64,000 nucleotides of DNA from an uncultured Gemella sp. (GTDB taxonomy: Bacteria; Bacillota; Bacilli; Staphylococcales; Gemellaceae), in the NCBI RefSeq assembly GCF_963529685.1, contig NZ_CAUSAI010000003.1, forward strand, positions 7,989 to 71,988, in the 5' to 3' direction. Shown here one piece after another: positions 9,391 to 20,182 of this stretch; the first letter of the stretch is position 1; each line of letters opens with the position of its first letter. The position numbers and the translations under genes are program-made. The notes below the pieces were generated by a model. The model was not told the DNA's origin. It saw nothing but the letters and a program-made list of their open reading frames with translations, and made no database searches.

Positions 9391-11299
9391 TATTATTTGT
9401 AATAGATATAAAATCTTGGATCATCTAGGGACTGGTGGTATGGCTACGGTTTGGCTAGGATATGATACAATTTTAGATAGAAAAGTTGCTATAAAAACTT
9501 TCAAAATTGATGCGAATGATGAAGGAGCTGTAAAAAGATTTAATAGAGAAGCGAAAGCAGTAACTAGTCTTTCACATCCTAATATTGTTTCTATATATGA
9601 TGTTGAGAATGAAGGAGATTTTTATTATTTAATACTTGAATATGTAGAAGGTATGACTTTAAAGGACTATATGATTAAAAATCCTCGTATTCCGATTGAG
9701 ACTATTGTACATATTGCTAAGCAAATAGCAGCAGGGTTAAGTCATGCGCATCAGAATGGTATTATCCATAGAGATATAAAACCTCAGAATATATTAATGG
9801 ATGATAATTTAACTTGCAAAATTACGGATTTTGGTATTGCAAGAGCATATGGGGATACAACTCTTACTCAAACTAACCAAATGCTGGGTACTGTATATTA
9901 TTTATCTCCAGAACAAGCTCGTGGGAATGTCGCTACAGCCCAAAGTGATATTTATTCACTAGGTATTTTAATTTTTGAGATGATAACTGGGCAAATTCCT
10001 TTTAAAGGTGAATCAGCTGTAGCTATTGCATTGAAACACTTACAAGAGGAGCTACCTGAAATTGATAAATACAGAGAAAAAGTTCCTCAAAGTGTGAAGA
10101 ATATTGTTCTTCAAGCAACTATGAAAAATCCAAACGAAAGATATATTAGTTCAAAAGAATTATTTAATGATTTAAGCACTGTTTTAAATCCGGAGCGTTT
10201 ATATGAAAATAGATATACTGGATTTAAATTAAATACCGAACCCGTTAACAATTATAATCAGACACAATATATTGATACACCTGTTAACGATAATTATTAT
10301 GATTATAATAATAATAATAATCAAGAAGATGATTATTATGAATATGAGGAAGATAATGGTCAAAACAATAGAAAAAATAATAGACGTTATCAATCTAAAA
10401 AGTTACCTAATAATAGTTATAACAATGTAAATAAAAAGCGTGAAAAGGAAGAAACTTCCAAAGCTAAACATATATTTTTAGCAATTTTAGCCATTGTTGC
10501 AATAGCTGTTGGTACATTCTTCACTTATAATTATGTAGTAGGAGCTAATAGTGTTTCAGCACCTGATGTTCGTAATAAGACTCTTGATGAAGCTAAGGTG
10601 GCTATCGTTAAAGCAGGTCTAGAAGTTGGAGATATTACCGAAGTAGCTAGTGATGATGTTAAAGAAAAGACTGTAATTGATAGTGATCCTAAAGCTGGTA
10701 AAAAAGTCAAAAAAGGATCTACTGTAGATTTACGCGTTTCGTCTGGTAAGAAAACAGTCGATATGCCAAACTTTATCGGCATGGATGAAGATACTGTTAA
10801 GAGAAACGCATCTAAATTAGGATTTAAGAATATCACTGTTGAAAAAGTAGAGAGTGATAAATACGATACAGGTAAGGTTGTTGCTCAAAATATCACTGCT
10901 GGAACTGAGATAGTTCCAAAAGATAAGGAATTAATTATTCAAGTTTCTAATGGTAAAAAGAAAATTACAATGCCTAATCTAGTTGGTGAAGACAGTTCTA
11001 ACATTGAAAGTATCCTTTCATCATATGGATTTAAGAACGTTTCCTATAGAGAAGAATACTCTGATAAAGATAGTGGTACTATAATTTCACAAAATATCAG
11101 AACTGGATCTAGTATAATTCCAAGTGAAGAAAGCTTAGAGATTACTATTTCTAAAGGTAGAGAAAGAAGTTCATCAAGAGATAGTTCAGATAGTGATTCA
11201 AGATCTAGTGATAGCAGTTATTCTTATAGTAGTAATAGTAATAGAAGCAACTCTTCTCGATCTAATTCTAATAGCAATAGAAGCAGAAGCAATAGCTAA
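9380..11299 (+). CDS. pknB: PASTA-domain Ser/Thr protein kinase
   Basis: Hanks kinase motifs (GTGGMATVW, HRDIKPQN, DFGIA, SPEQ), one TM segment and three PASTA repeats. Ends in a Ser/Arg/Asn-rich low-complexity tail. Confidence 0.92.
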   Translation: MINNIICNRYKILDHLGTGGMATVWLGYDTILDRKVAIKTFKIDANDEGAVKRFNREAKAVTSLSHPNIVSIYDVENEGDFYYLILEYVEGMTLKDYMIKNPRIPIETIVHIAKQIAAGLSHAHQNGIIHRDIKPQNILMDDNLTCKITDFGIARAYGDTTLTQTNQMLGTVYYLSPEQARGNVATAQSDIYSLGILIFEMITGQIPFKGESAVAIALKHLQEELPEIDKYREKVPQSVKNIVLQATMKNPNERYISSKELFNDLSTVLNPERLYENRYTGFKLNTEPVNNYNQTQYIDTPVNDNYYDYNNNNNQEDDYYEYEEDNGQNNRKNNRRYQSKKLPNNSYNNVNKKREKEETSKAKHIFLAILAIVAIAVGTFFTYNYVVGANSVSAPDVRNKTLDEAKVAIVKAGLEVGDITEVASDDVKEKTVIDSDPKAGKKVKKGSTVDLRVSSGKKTVDMPNFIGMDEDTVKRNASKLGFKNITVEKVESDKYDTGKVVAQNITAGTEIVPKDKELIIQVSNGKKKITMPNLVGEDSSNIESILSSYGFKNVSYREEYSDKDSGTIISQNIRTGSSIIPSEESLEITISKGRERSSSRDSSDSDSRSSDSSYSYSSNSNRSNSSRSNSNSNRSRSNS

Positions 11300-11311
11300 T
11301 TATTGAGTACA

Positions 11312-11350
11312 AAAGCGCAGTAGAGATTTTATATTTCAACTGTGCTTTTT
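11312..11350 (+). terminator. intrinsic terminator after pknB
   Basis: AAAGCGCAG (11312-11320) pairs with CTGTGCTTT (11340-11348), followed by a T-run. Confidence 0.55.
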
Positions 11351-11384
11351 ATCAAATTATTAATGTGAACTAATGGAGACTTAT

Positions 11385-13133
11385 ATGAATTTAACATTAC
11401 AAAAAAAATTAGAATTATTACCAGAAAATCCTGGGTGTTATTTATATAAAGATAATATCGGTGAAATAATTTATGTTGGTAAAGCTAAAAACCTTAAAAA
11501 TAGAGTAAAAAGTTATTTTACAGGAACACATAATAAAAAAACACAGACTCTTGTTTCAAAAATAGAAGATTTAGAGTACATAATTGTTAATTCTGAAAAA
11601 GAAGCATTATTACTAGAGAATAACTTAATAAAAAAATATCGTCCATATTTTAACATACGATTAAAAGATGATAAAAGTTATCCTTATTTAATGATTACTA
11701 AGGAAGAACATCCTAGATTAATCATGACTAGAAAGTATAAAAAGAACAATAAAAATATATATTTTGGACCTTATGTTGATATTAAGTCTGCTGCAGAAGT
11801 TAAGAAAATATTAGATAAAATATACCCTTTAAGAAAATGTAATCCAGTAGAAAAAAGACCTTGTATGTATTATCAAATTGGTGAATGCATAGGCCCTTGT
11901 GCGAAAAAAATTACTCCGGAAGATTACAAAATACAAATTTCAAAAATAAAGTCGTTTTTAACTGGTAATACTAAGGAAATATTAACTGATTTAAAAAATA
12001 AGATGCAAAATCATATTAAAAATTTAGAGTTTGAAGCGGCTGGTCAGATTCATAGCTTTATAAGATCTATAGAGGTTTCTGTTCAAAATCAAGTAGTATC
12101 AGATAGTAACAATGTCGATAGAGATTATATAGGTTTTACATTTAATAACGATTATATTTGCATCCAAATATTTTTATCAAGATTAGGTAATATAATAGAA
12201 CGAAAAGTAGAATATTTTAATTTATATGATAGTCCTGAGCAGATTTTGTATTCTTATTTAATGCAGTATTATTCAATTAATAAACTTCCAAAAGAAATAT
12301 ATATTGATCAAGTTGATGAAGATTTACTTTCTTATGTTGTTGATTGTAAAGTTATAATCCCTAAAAGAGGTAATCATAGGAAAATTTTAGATACAGTAAA
12401 AGAAAATGCTTCGCATTATTTAAATAATAATTTGGCTATTGAAGAGCTTAAAGAAAGAAAATTACAGGTAACACTTAATAATATTGCTGAGAAATTAGGT
12501 GTTAACTCAATTAATAGTATCGATGCTTTCGACAATTCAAATATTATGGGAATTGATGCTGTTTCTGTTAAAGTTAATTTTACAAATGGTAAGAAGAACA
12601 CATATAATTATAGAAAGTTTAAAATTGACGAATCTATAGGTATTAATGATGTTCAAACTATGAAAGAAGTTTTGTATAGAAACTATAAAGATAAAAAGAC
12701 AAATACAGAGTTGCTTATAGTGGATGGCGGTAAAAATCATCTCAATGTGGCTATAGATGTAGTACACAATACTCTTGGATTGACTCAAATTAAAATAATT
12801 GGTTTAGCGAAAAATGATAAACATATAACTGAGTATATTATTACTGATGATTATGAAATTATCGAATTTCCTAAAACTTCATCAGAATATTTATTTTTAA
12901 AACAGATTCAAGATGAAGTTCACAGATTCGCTATTACTTACCATAGAGCAACAAAAACTAAAAATATGTTTACTTCTAGTTTAGATAATATACCTGGTAT
13001 AGGAAAAGCTAGAAAACAACTATTATTAAAATCATTCAATTCTTTAGAAGAGATAAAAAACGCATCGGAAGATAAGCTTTTACAACTAGGAATTCCTAAA
13101 AATGCAATACAAAATTTAAAAAATAAACTTTAG
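11385..13133 (+). CDS. uvrC: excinuclease ABC subunit C
   Basis: GIY-YIG N-terminus (PGCYLYKD..IIYVGKAKNLKNRV), a Cys cluster and a C-terminal HhH (IPGIGKARKQ). ATG 11385 has GGAG 6 nt upstream; the ORF is open from 11373. Confidence 0.93.
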   Translation: MNLTLQKKLELLPENPGCYLYKDNIGEIIYVGKAKNLKNRVKSYFTGTHNKKTQTLVSKIEDLEYIIVNSEKEALLLENNLIKKYRPYFNIRLKDDKSYPYLMITKEEHPRLIMTRKYKKNNKNIYFGPYVDIKSAAEVKKILDKIYPLRKCNPVEKRPCMYYQIGECIGPCAKKITPEDYKIQISKIKSFLTGNTKEILTDLKNKMQNHIKNLEFEAAGQIHSFIRSIEVSVQNQVVSDSNNVDRDYIGFTFNNDYICIQIFLSRLGNIIERKVEYFNLYDSPEQILYSYLMQYYSINKLPKEIYIDQVDEDLLSYVVDCKVIIPKRGNHRKILDTVKENASHYLNNNLAIEELKERKLQVTLNNIAEKLGVNSINSIDAFDNSNIMGIDAVSVKVNFTNGKKNTYNYRKFKIDESIGINDVQTMKEVLYRNYKDKKTNTELLIVDGGKNHLNVAIDVVHNTLGLTQIKIIGLAKNDKHITEYIITDDYEIIEFPKTSSEYLFLKQIQDEVHRFAITYHRATKTKNMFTSSLDNIPGIGKARKQLLLKSFNSLEEIKNASEDKLLQLGIPKNAIQNLKNKL

Positions 13134-13137
13134 AAAC

Positions 13138-13189
13138 TTAAGTTATCCTTATTTTTCAAATAAAAATATACGGATAACTTAATTTTTTT
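13138..13189 (+). terminator. intrinsic terminator after uvrC
   Basis: TTAAGTTATCC (13138-13148) pairs with GGATAACTTAA (13172-13182), then a T7 run. Confidence 0.6.
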
Positions 13190-13264
13190 GAATTATTATA
13201 TAGAAATATTGCTAAAAGTATGGTATAATAACTTAAAGAAATTATAAAAGTCGAGGAGGCAACT

Positions 13265-14179
13265 ATGAAATTTTTATCATTCAGTTATAACGATAAAGAA
13301 TTATATGGAGTAAAAGTAAAACGTGAAGAAAGTGCATGGGACTTAATTAAAGTACTAGAAGATTTCGATAATAGTGAAAGTATTCCACAAACTTTAAGAG
13401 AAGCAATTGAAGTATATGGTGTTTCTTTTATTGAAAAAGTAAGAAAAGTATTAAAATTAGTTGAGGAAAATAGTAACGCTGACAGTTATAAAGTACCATT
13501 TGATAAAATAATTTGGCGTTCTCCAATCACAAGAACACCTAAAAATATTCTTTGTGTTGGACATAACTATGAAGCACACGTTAGAGAACTTGGCGATGAG
13601 TTAGCGAAGACTCCTAAAGATGTTCTTATCTTTACTAAAGCAACAACAGCTTTAGCTGGTAATAACGAAGTAGTTCCATCTCATAAAAATATTACAGATA
13701 GCTTAGACTTTGGAGGAGAGCTTGCAGTAGTAATAGCAAAACCAGGTAAAAATATTCTTAAACCTTTAGTATTAGATTATATTTTTGGATATACAATTAT
13801 GAATGATATTACAGCTACTGATCTTCAGTATAAACATGGACAATTTTTCTTAGGAAAATCATTAGAAAAATCAGCTGTAGTTGGACCATATCTTGTTACC
13901 AAAGATGAAGTTAGTTCACCAGAATCAATGAATATCGTTACAAAAGTAAATGGTGAGATTAAACAAAATGCTATGACTTCTGAAATGTTATTTAGAGTTG
14001 ATGATGTATTAGCTGAAATTAGTAAAATAGTACCACTAGAAGCTGGAGATATCATTGCAACAGGAACACCTGCAGGGGTAGGATCGGCACAAAATCCACC
14101 AAAATTTTTACAAACAGGTGATGAAATCAAAATCACTGTTGAGGGAATTGGTACATTAACTACTGTAATCGGAGACTAA
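13265..14179 (+). CDS. fumarylacetoacetate hydrolase (FAH) family protein
   Basis: 304 aa with FAH-fold signatures (LDFGGELAVVI, GTPAGVG). RBS GAGGAGG. Extended -10 TGGTATAAT at 13221-13229. Confidence 0.8.
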   Translation: MKFLSFSYNDKELYGVKVKREESAWDLIKVLEDFDNSESIPQTLREAIEVYGVSFIEKVRKVLKLVEENSNADSYKVPFDKIIWRSPITRTPKNILCVGHNYEAHVRELGDELAKTPKDVLIFTKATTALAGNNEVVPSHKNITDSLDFGGELAVVIAKPGKNILKPLVLDYIFGYTIMNDITATDLQYKHGQFFLGKSLEKSAVVGPYLVTKDEVSSPESMNIVTKVNGEIKQNAMTSEMLFRVDDVLAEISKIVPLEAGDIIATGTPAGVGSAQNPPKFLQTGDEIKITVEGIGTLTTVIGD

Positions 14180-14195
14180 GTAGAAAGGAAAAAAA

Positions 14196-15335
14196 ATGGC
14201 AAAAAAATCTAAAGACAAACAAGTTACACATATTGAAAAAGACGATTTAAAAGCACGTCAAGCCGCTATTAACGAAGCCATAAAAATAATCGAAAAAGAA
14301 TATGGTAAAGGGGCTATCATGGATATTTCTTCTGAAAATCCAATTAAAGTAGAAGCAGTATCATCTGGTTCACTTGCAATTGACTCAGCTTTAGGTATCG
14401 GTGGATATCCTAAAGGTCGTATTGTCGAAGTTTATGGACCTGAATCTTCTGGTAAAACAACAATAGCACTTCACGCTATTGCAGAAGTTCAAAAAACAGG
14501 AGGAATAGCTGCGTTTATAGATGCTGAAAATGCTCTTGATATTGAGTATGCTAAAGCCTTAGGTGTTGATTTTACACCTGGTAAATTCTTCCTATCACAA
14601 CCAGATAGCGGAGAGCAGGCACTTGATATTGCCGAAAAGTTAATTTTATCTGGAGCAATTGATATTATTGTTATTGACTCTGTTGCTGCATTAGTTCCAA
14701 AAGCAGAAATTGATGGAGTTATGGGAGCAAACCATATCGGACTGCAAGCTAGACTTATGTCTCAAGCTCTACGTAAATTAACAGGTCAAATAAATAAAGC
14801 AAATACTATCGCATTATTTATTAACCAACTTCGTGAAAAGGTTGGAGTAATGTTCGGAAGCCCTGAAGTAACAACTGGGGGCCGTGCATTAAAATTCTAT
14901 TCTACTGTTCGTATAGATGTTCGTAAAGGTGAAGCTATAAAAGGTGCAGATAGTGAAATTCTTGGTAATAGAACTAAGATTAAAATCGTTAAAAATAAAG
15001 TAGCACCACCTTTCAAAATTGCTGAAGTCGATATTATGTTCGGTGAAGGGATTTCTAAAATTGGAGAAACTCTTGACTTTGCGGTCGATTTAGACATTAT
15101 TAACAAATCAGGTTCATGGTTTTCATATAATGGCGAACGCCTAGGCCAAGGTCGCGAAAATGTTAAGAAAATCTTTGAAGAAAATGAAGAACTTTACAAC
15201 GAAATTTATGGACTTGTAAGGGAAGAAATTATGAACAAAACTGGGAAAAAGAATAGCTCAGTAGATGAAGACGAGTCAAATAATGATATTGATGAACTTG
15301 ATTTAGGGATAGAGACTTTAGGTGAGGTTGAATAA
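14196..15335 (+). CDS. recA: recombinase A
   Basis: Walker [19 protein letters not shown] and the L1/L2 loop regions. Ends in an acidic tail. Confidence 0.97.
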   Translation: MAKKSKDKQVTHIEKDDLKARQAAINEAIKIIEKEYGKGAIMDISSENPIKVEAVSSGSLAIDSALGIGGYPKGRIVEVYGPESSGKTTIALHAIAEVQKTGGIAAFIDAENALDIEYAKALGVDFTPGKFFLSQPDSGEQALDIAEKLILSGAIDIIVIDSVAALVPKAEIDGVMGANHIGLQARLMSQALRKLTGQINKANTIALFINQLREKVGVMFGSPEVTTGGRALKFYSTVRIDVRKGEAIKGADSEILGNRTKIKIVKNKVAPPFKIAEVDIMFGEGISKIGETLDFAVDLDIINKSGSWFSYNGERLGQGRENVKKIFEENEELYNEIYGLVREEIMNKTGKKNSSVDEDESNNDIDELDLGIETLGEVE

Positions 15336-15341
15336 TAATAT

Positions 15342-15437
15342 ATGAATAAAAAAGTATTTAAAATTGTATTATGGTTAATGATTTTTTGTATATTAGCAAG
15401 TGGATTTATTTCTGCAATTGCTATGTTCTTGAAATAA
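15342..15437 (+). CDS. possible 31-aa hydrophobic small protein (MNKKVFKIVLWLMIFCILASGFISAIAMFLK)
   Basis: Unlisted sORF 6 nt after the recA stop, with a single predicted TM helix. There is no convincing RBS (GGTGAGG is 14 nt upstream). Confidence 0.2.
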   Translation: MNKKVFKIVLWLMIFCILASGFISAIAMFLK

Positions 15438-15460
15438 ATATACAAAGTAAATAAAAATAA

Positions 15461-15635
15461 GGGCTACCCCAAAAGTCCTAAATTTTAAAAAAGTTTATAT
15501 GAGAACTCATAGACGCAGCGGTTTATTGATATCTAAATTCGAATTATAAAAGCTTTTTAGATATCTAATGAACTTTGCGGGGGTGACTCGACAAAATCTT
15601 GTTTCTTAAGAAATCGTGATTTTTGAGTCACTCCC
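15461..15635 (+). repeat. dispersed modular repeat, copy 2 (full length: L module 15461-15578, H hairpin 15579-15635)
   Basis: Reference copy. The H module GGGGGTGACTCGACAAAATC-loop-GATTTTTGAGTCACTCCC is followed by TTTTATTTTG and is the only terminator-like structure after recA. Confidence 0.9.
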
Positions 15636-15690
15636 TTTTATTTTGAAAATATGATAAAATATTAATAGACAAAGAATAGGAGAAATAGTA

Positions 15691-17874
15691 GTGAATTTTG
15701 TACAAAACATGAACGATAATCAGTTAAAGGCTATACTAAAAACTGAAGGTGCAGTTATGGTAATAGCGGGTGCTGGTAGTGGAAAAACGCGTGTATTAAC
15801 AAACAGAATAGCTTATTTAATTGCAGAAAAAAATATTTTAGAAAGTAATATCCTTGCTATTACATTTACAAATAAGGCTGCTAAAGAAATGAAAGAAAGA
15901 ATCTACGCATTGGTTGGCGAGACTTCAAAATACATTTGGATAAATACCTTTCACTCTATGTGTGTAAGAATCTTGCGACAACACATTGAATTATTAGGTT
16001 ATAATAAGAATTTTACAATTCTAGATACAAGTGAGCAAAAAACAATAATAAAAAATATAGTAAAAAATCTAAATTTATCTGAGGATTCTTATCAACCTGC
16101 AAATGTTTTGAAAATCATATCTAATTCAAAAAATAATATGATTACGGTAAAACAACTTAGAGAACAGTCTCGCTTTGGATTTATGAAAAATGTTGCAGAA
16201 ATATATGCTCATTACCAAAGCTATTTAAAGAAAAATAGTGTTCTTGACTTTGATGATCTTATGCTTAAGACAATAACTTTATTTACAAAACATCCAGAAG
16301 TTCTTGCAATTTATCAAAATAAATTTGAATACATCCATGTTGATGAGTATCAAGATACCAACGTCATTCAATATAAACTAATAAAAATGTTGTCAGAAAT
16401 ACATAAAAATGTCTGTGTAGTTGGTGATGATGATCAAAGTATTTATAGCTGGCGCGGAGCGTGTAGTGATAATATTATAAATTTTGAAAAAGACTACGAT
16501 AATGTTGAATTAATCTTCTTGGATCAAAACTATCGTTCTAATTCAACGATATTAGATGCTGCTAATGCTGTTATTAAAAATAACACAGATAGAAAAGAAA
16601 AAGCATTATGGTCAGAAAATAAAGGTGGTGGCAAGATTTCTGTATATGCTGCATCTAATGATAAAGATGAAACAGATGACATCGCTAGAAAAATTTCGGA
16701 ACTAAAAAAAGAAGGTATTTCATATAAGGATATAGCAATATTATACCGTGCTAACTATCTTTCTCGTCAGATGGAAAATTCATGTTTAGCATTTGGTATT
16801 CCATACAAACTTATAGGTTCCCTTAAGTTCTTACAACGTCAGGAAGTTAGAGATTTACTAGCTTATTTAAATGTAATAGTTAATAGAGATGATGAATTCA
16901 GCCTAAGAAGAATTATTAATGTTCCAAAACGTGGAATTGGTGCTAGTTCAATGGATAAAATCGATAACTATGCTTCACAATATGGTATTACTCTATTTGA
17001 GGCACTTAAAAATATTGAAGATATAGGTGTTTCAAAAAAAATAGTAACTAATATTCATTTATTAATAAATCTTATTGACAAATACTCAGAGATTGACAAA
17101 TACTCAATTGATGAACTTATAATTGGTATTTATAAAGATTCTGGTTATGAAAATATGCTAAAAGAATCAAACGATGCTTATGCTGAGAGTAGAATAGAAA
17201 ATATTTCTGAGTTAGTATCTTCAGCTAAACAGTTTTCTAGTATGAATGATAGTCTTATTGATTTTATTTCTGAGATGTCACTTACTTCTGATGCTGACGA
17301 TGAAAATGAAGATGATTCTGTTGTATTATCTACTATTCATGCTTCTAAAGGTTTAGAATATAAAGTAGTATTCATTATGGGATTAGAAGAAAATCTTTTC
17401 CCTTCTATACGAGATGCTGAGAGTAGCGCTGATGAGAAAAACAAAATGGAAGAAGAACGTCGTCTTGCCTATGTTGCTATAACACGTGCAAAAGAAAAAT
17501 TATTCATGTCTTACGCTAATCGACGAATGCAGTTTGGATCTATTAAGATGAACAAGCGATCTAGATTTTTAGATGAAGTTCCGAATAAACTTATGCACTT
17601 TGAATCTGCTTTTGGCGGAAGTTTTGAATCGACTGAGTCTAGCTTAGAACAGGCTAATAAATTTATAAGCAACTTGAGTCCAAAAATTAAAATAGCAGAT
17701 AAACCAAAGACTTCTGTAAGTACAAATTACGATATTAATGATATTGTTGTTCATAAAAAATTCGGAGAAGGCACTGTCCTTGATATTACCGATGACAATG
17801 TTAAAGTGGAATTTAGTGAAGTTGGTACTAAAACTCTATTAATAGAATATGCTAACCTTACTAGAAAGGAATAA
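15691..17874 (+). CDS. pcrA: ATP-dependent DNA helicase PcrA (UvrD family)
   Basis: GTG start with AGGAG RBS. Motifs AGAGSGKT, DEYQDTN, VGDDDQSIYSWRGA, TIHASKGLE. Followed by ligA. Confidence 0.93.
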   Translation: MNFVQNMNDNQLKAILKTEGAVMVIAGAGSGKTRVLTNRIAYLIAEKNILESNILAITFTNKAAKEMKERIYALVGETSKYIWINTFHSMCVRILRQHIELLGYNKNFTILDTSEQKTIIKNIVKNLNLSEDSYQPANVLKIISNSKNNMITVKQLREQSRFGFMKNVAEIYAHYQSYLKKNSVLDFDDLMLKTITLFTKHPEVLAIYQNKFEYIHVDEYQDTNVIQYKLIKMLSEIHKNVCVVGDDDQSIYSWRGACSDNIINFEKDYDNVELIFLDQNYRSNSTILDAANAVIKNNTDRKEKALWSENKGGGKISVYAASNDKDETDDIARKISELKKEGISYKDIAILYRANYLSRQMENSCLAFGIPYKLIGSLKFLQRQEVRDLLAYLNVIVNRDDEFSLRRIINVPKRGIGASSMDKIDNYASQYGITLFEALKNIEDIGVSKKIVTNIHLLINLIDKYSEIDKYSIDELIIGIYKDSGYENMLKESNDAYAESRIENISELVSSAKQFSSMNDSLIDFISEMSLTSDADDENEDDSVVLSTIHASKGLEYKVVFIMGLEENLFPSIRDAESSADEKNKMEEERRLAYVAITRAKEKLFMSYANRRMQFGSIKMNKRSRFLDEVPNKLMHFESAFGGSFESTESSLEQANKFISNLSPKIKIADKPKTSVSTNYDINDIVVHKKFGEGTVLDITDDNVKVEFSEVGTKTLLIEYANLTRKE

Positions 17875-19871
<1,997 letters not shown>

Positions 19872-19872
<1 letters not shown>

Positions 19873-20147
19873 TGGATAATAAATTACCATATAAAGTATT
19901 TGGTATTGTTATTGTATTCGTATCAATAATTACATTTTTCATTATGAATTACAATTCAGTACCTGTATCATTTATATTTTTCACGGTTAAATTACCGTTA
20001 ACTATATTGTTTTTTGTTTGTTTCTTTATGGGAATAATAGCCGCAAGTTTTTATTGGTATCAAAAATATAAAACTTTGGTGAGGAAATACGAAAGAACTG
20101 AAAAATTATTATTTACAAAAGAAAAATTAGAAGACACAAATGAATAA
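19872..20147 (+). CDS. small membrane protein, LapA/DUF1049-like
   Basis: 91 aa with two TM helices and a charged C-terminal tail. The start overlaps the ligA stop. Confidence 0.5.
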
Positions 20148-20182
20148 TAGGATAGAAATTAGTATAGAAATGAGGTGAAAAA

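Noticed and set aside
15461-15578. Small peptides encoded on the reverse strand of the repeat L module (for example MSSHINFFKI in copy 2 and MSYHIYFFKIQDFCVRSVF in copy 3).
   Set aside because: Length, stop position and sequence are not conserved between copies (copy 6 reads MNFYINLVKI), and there is no RBS. Conservation is at the nucleotide and structure level.
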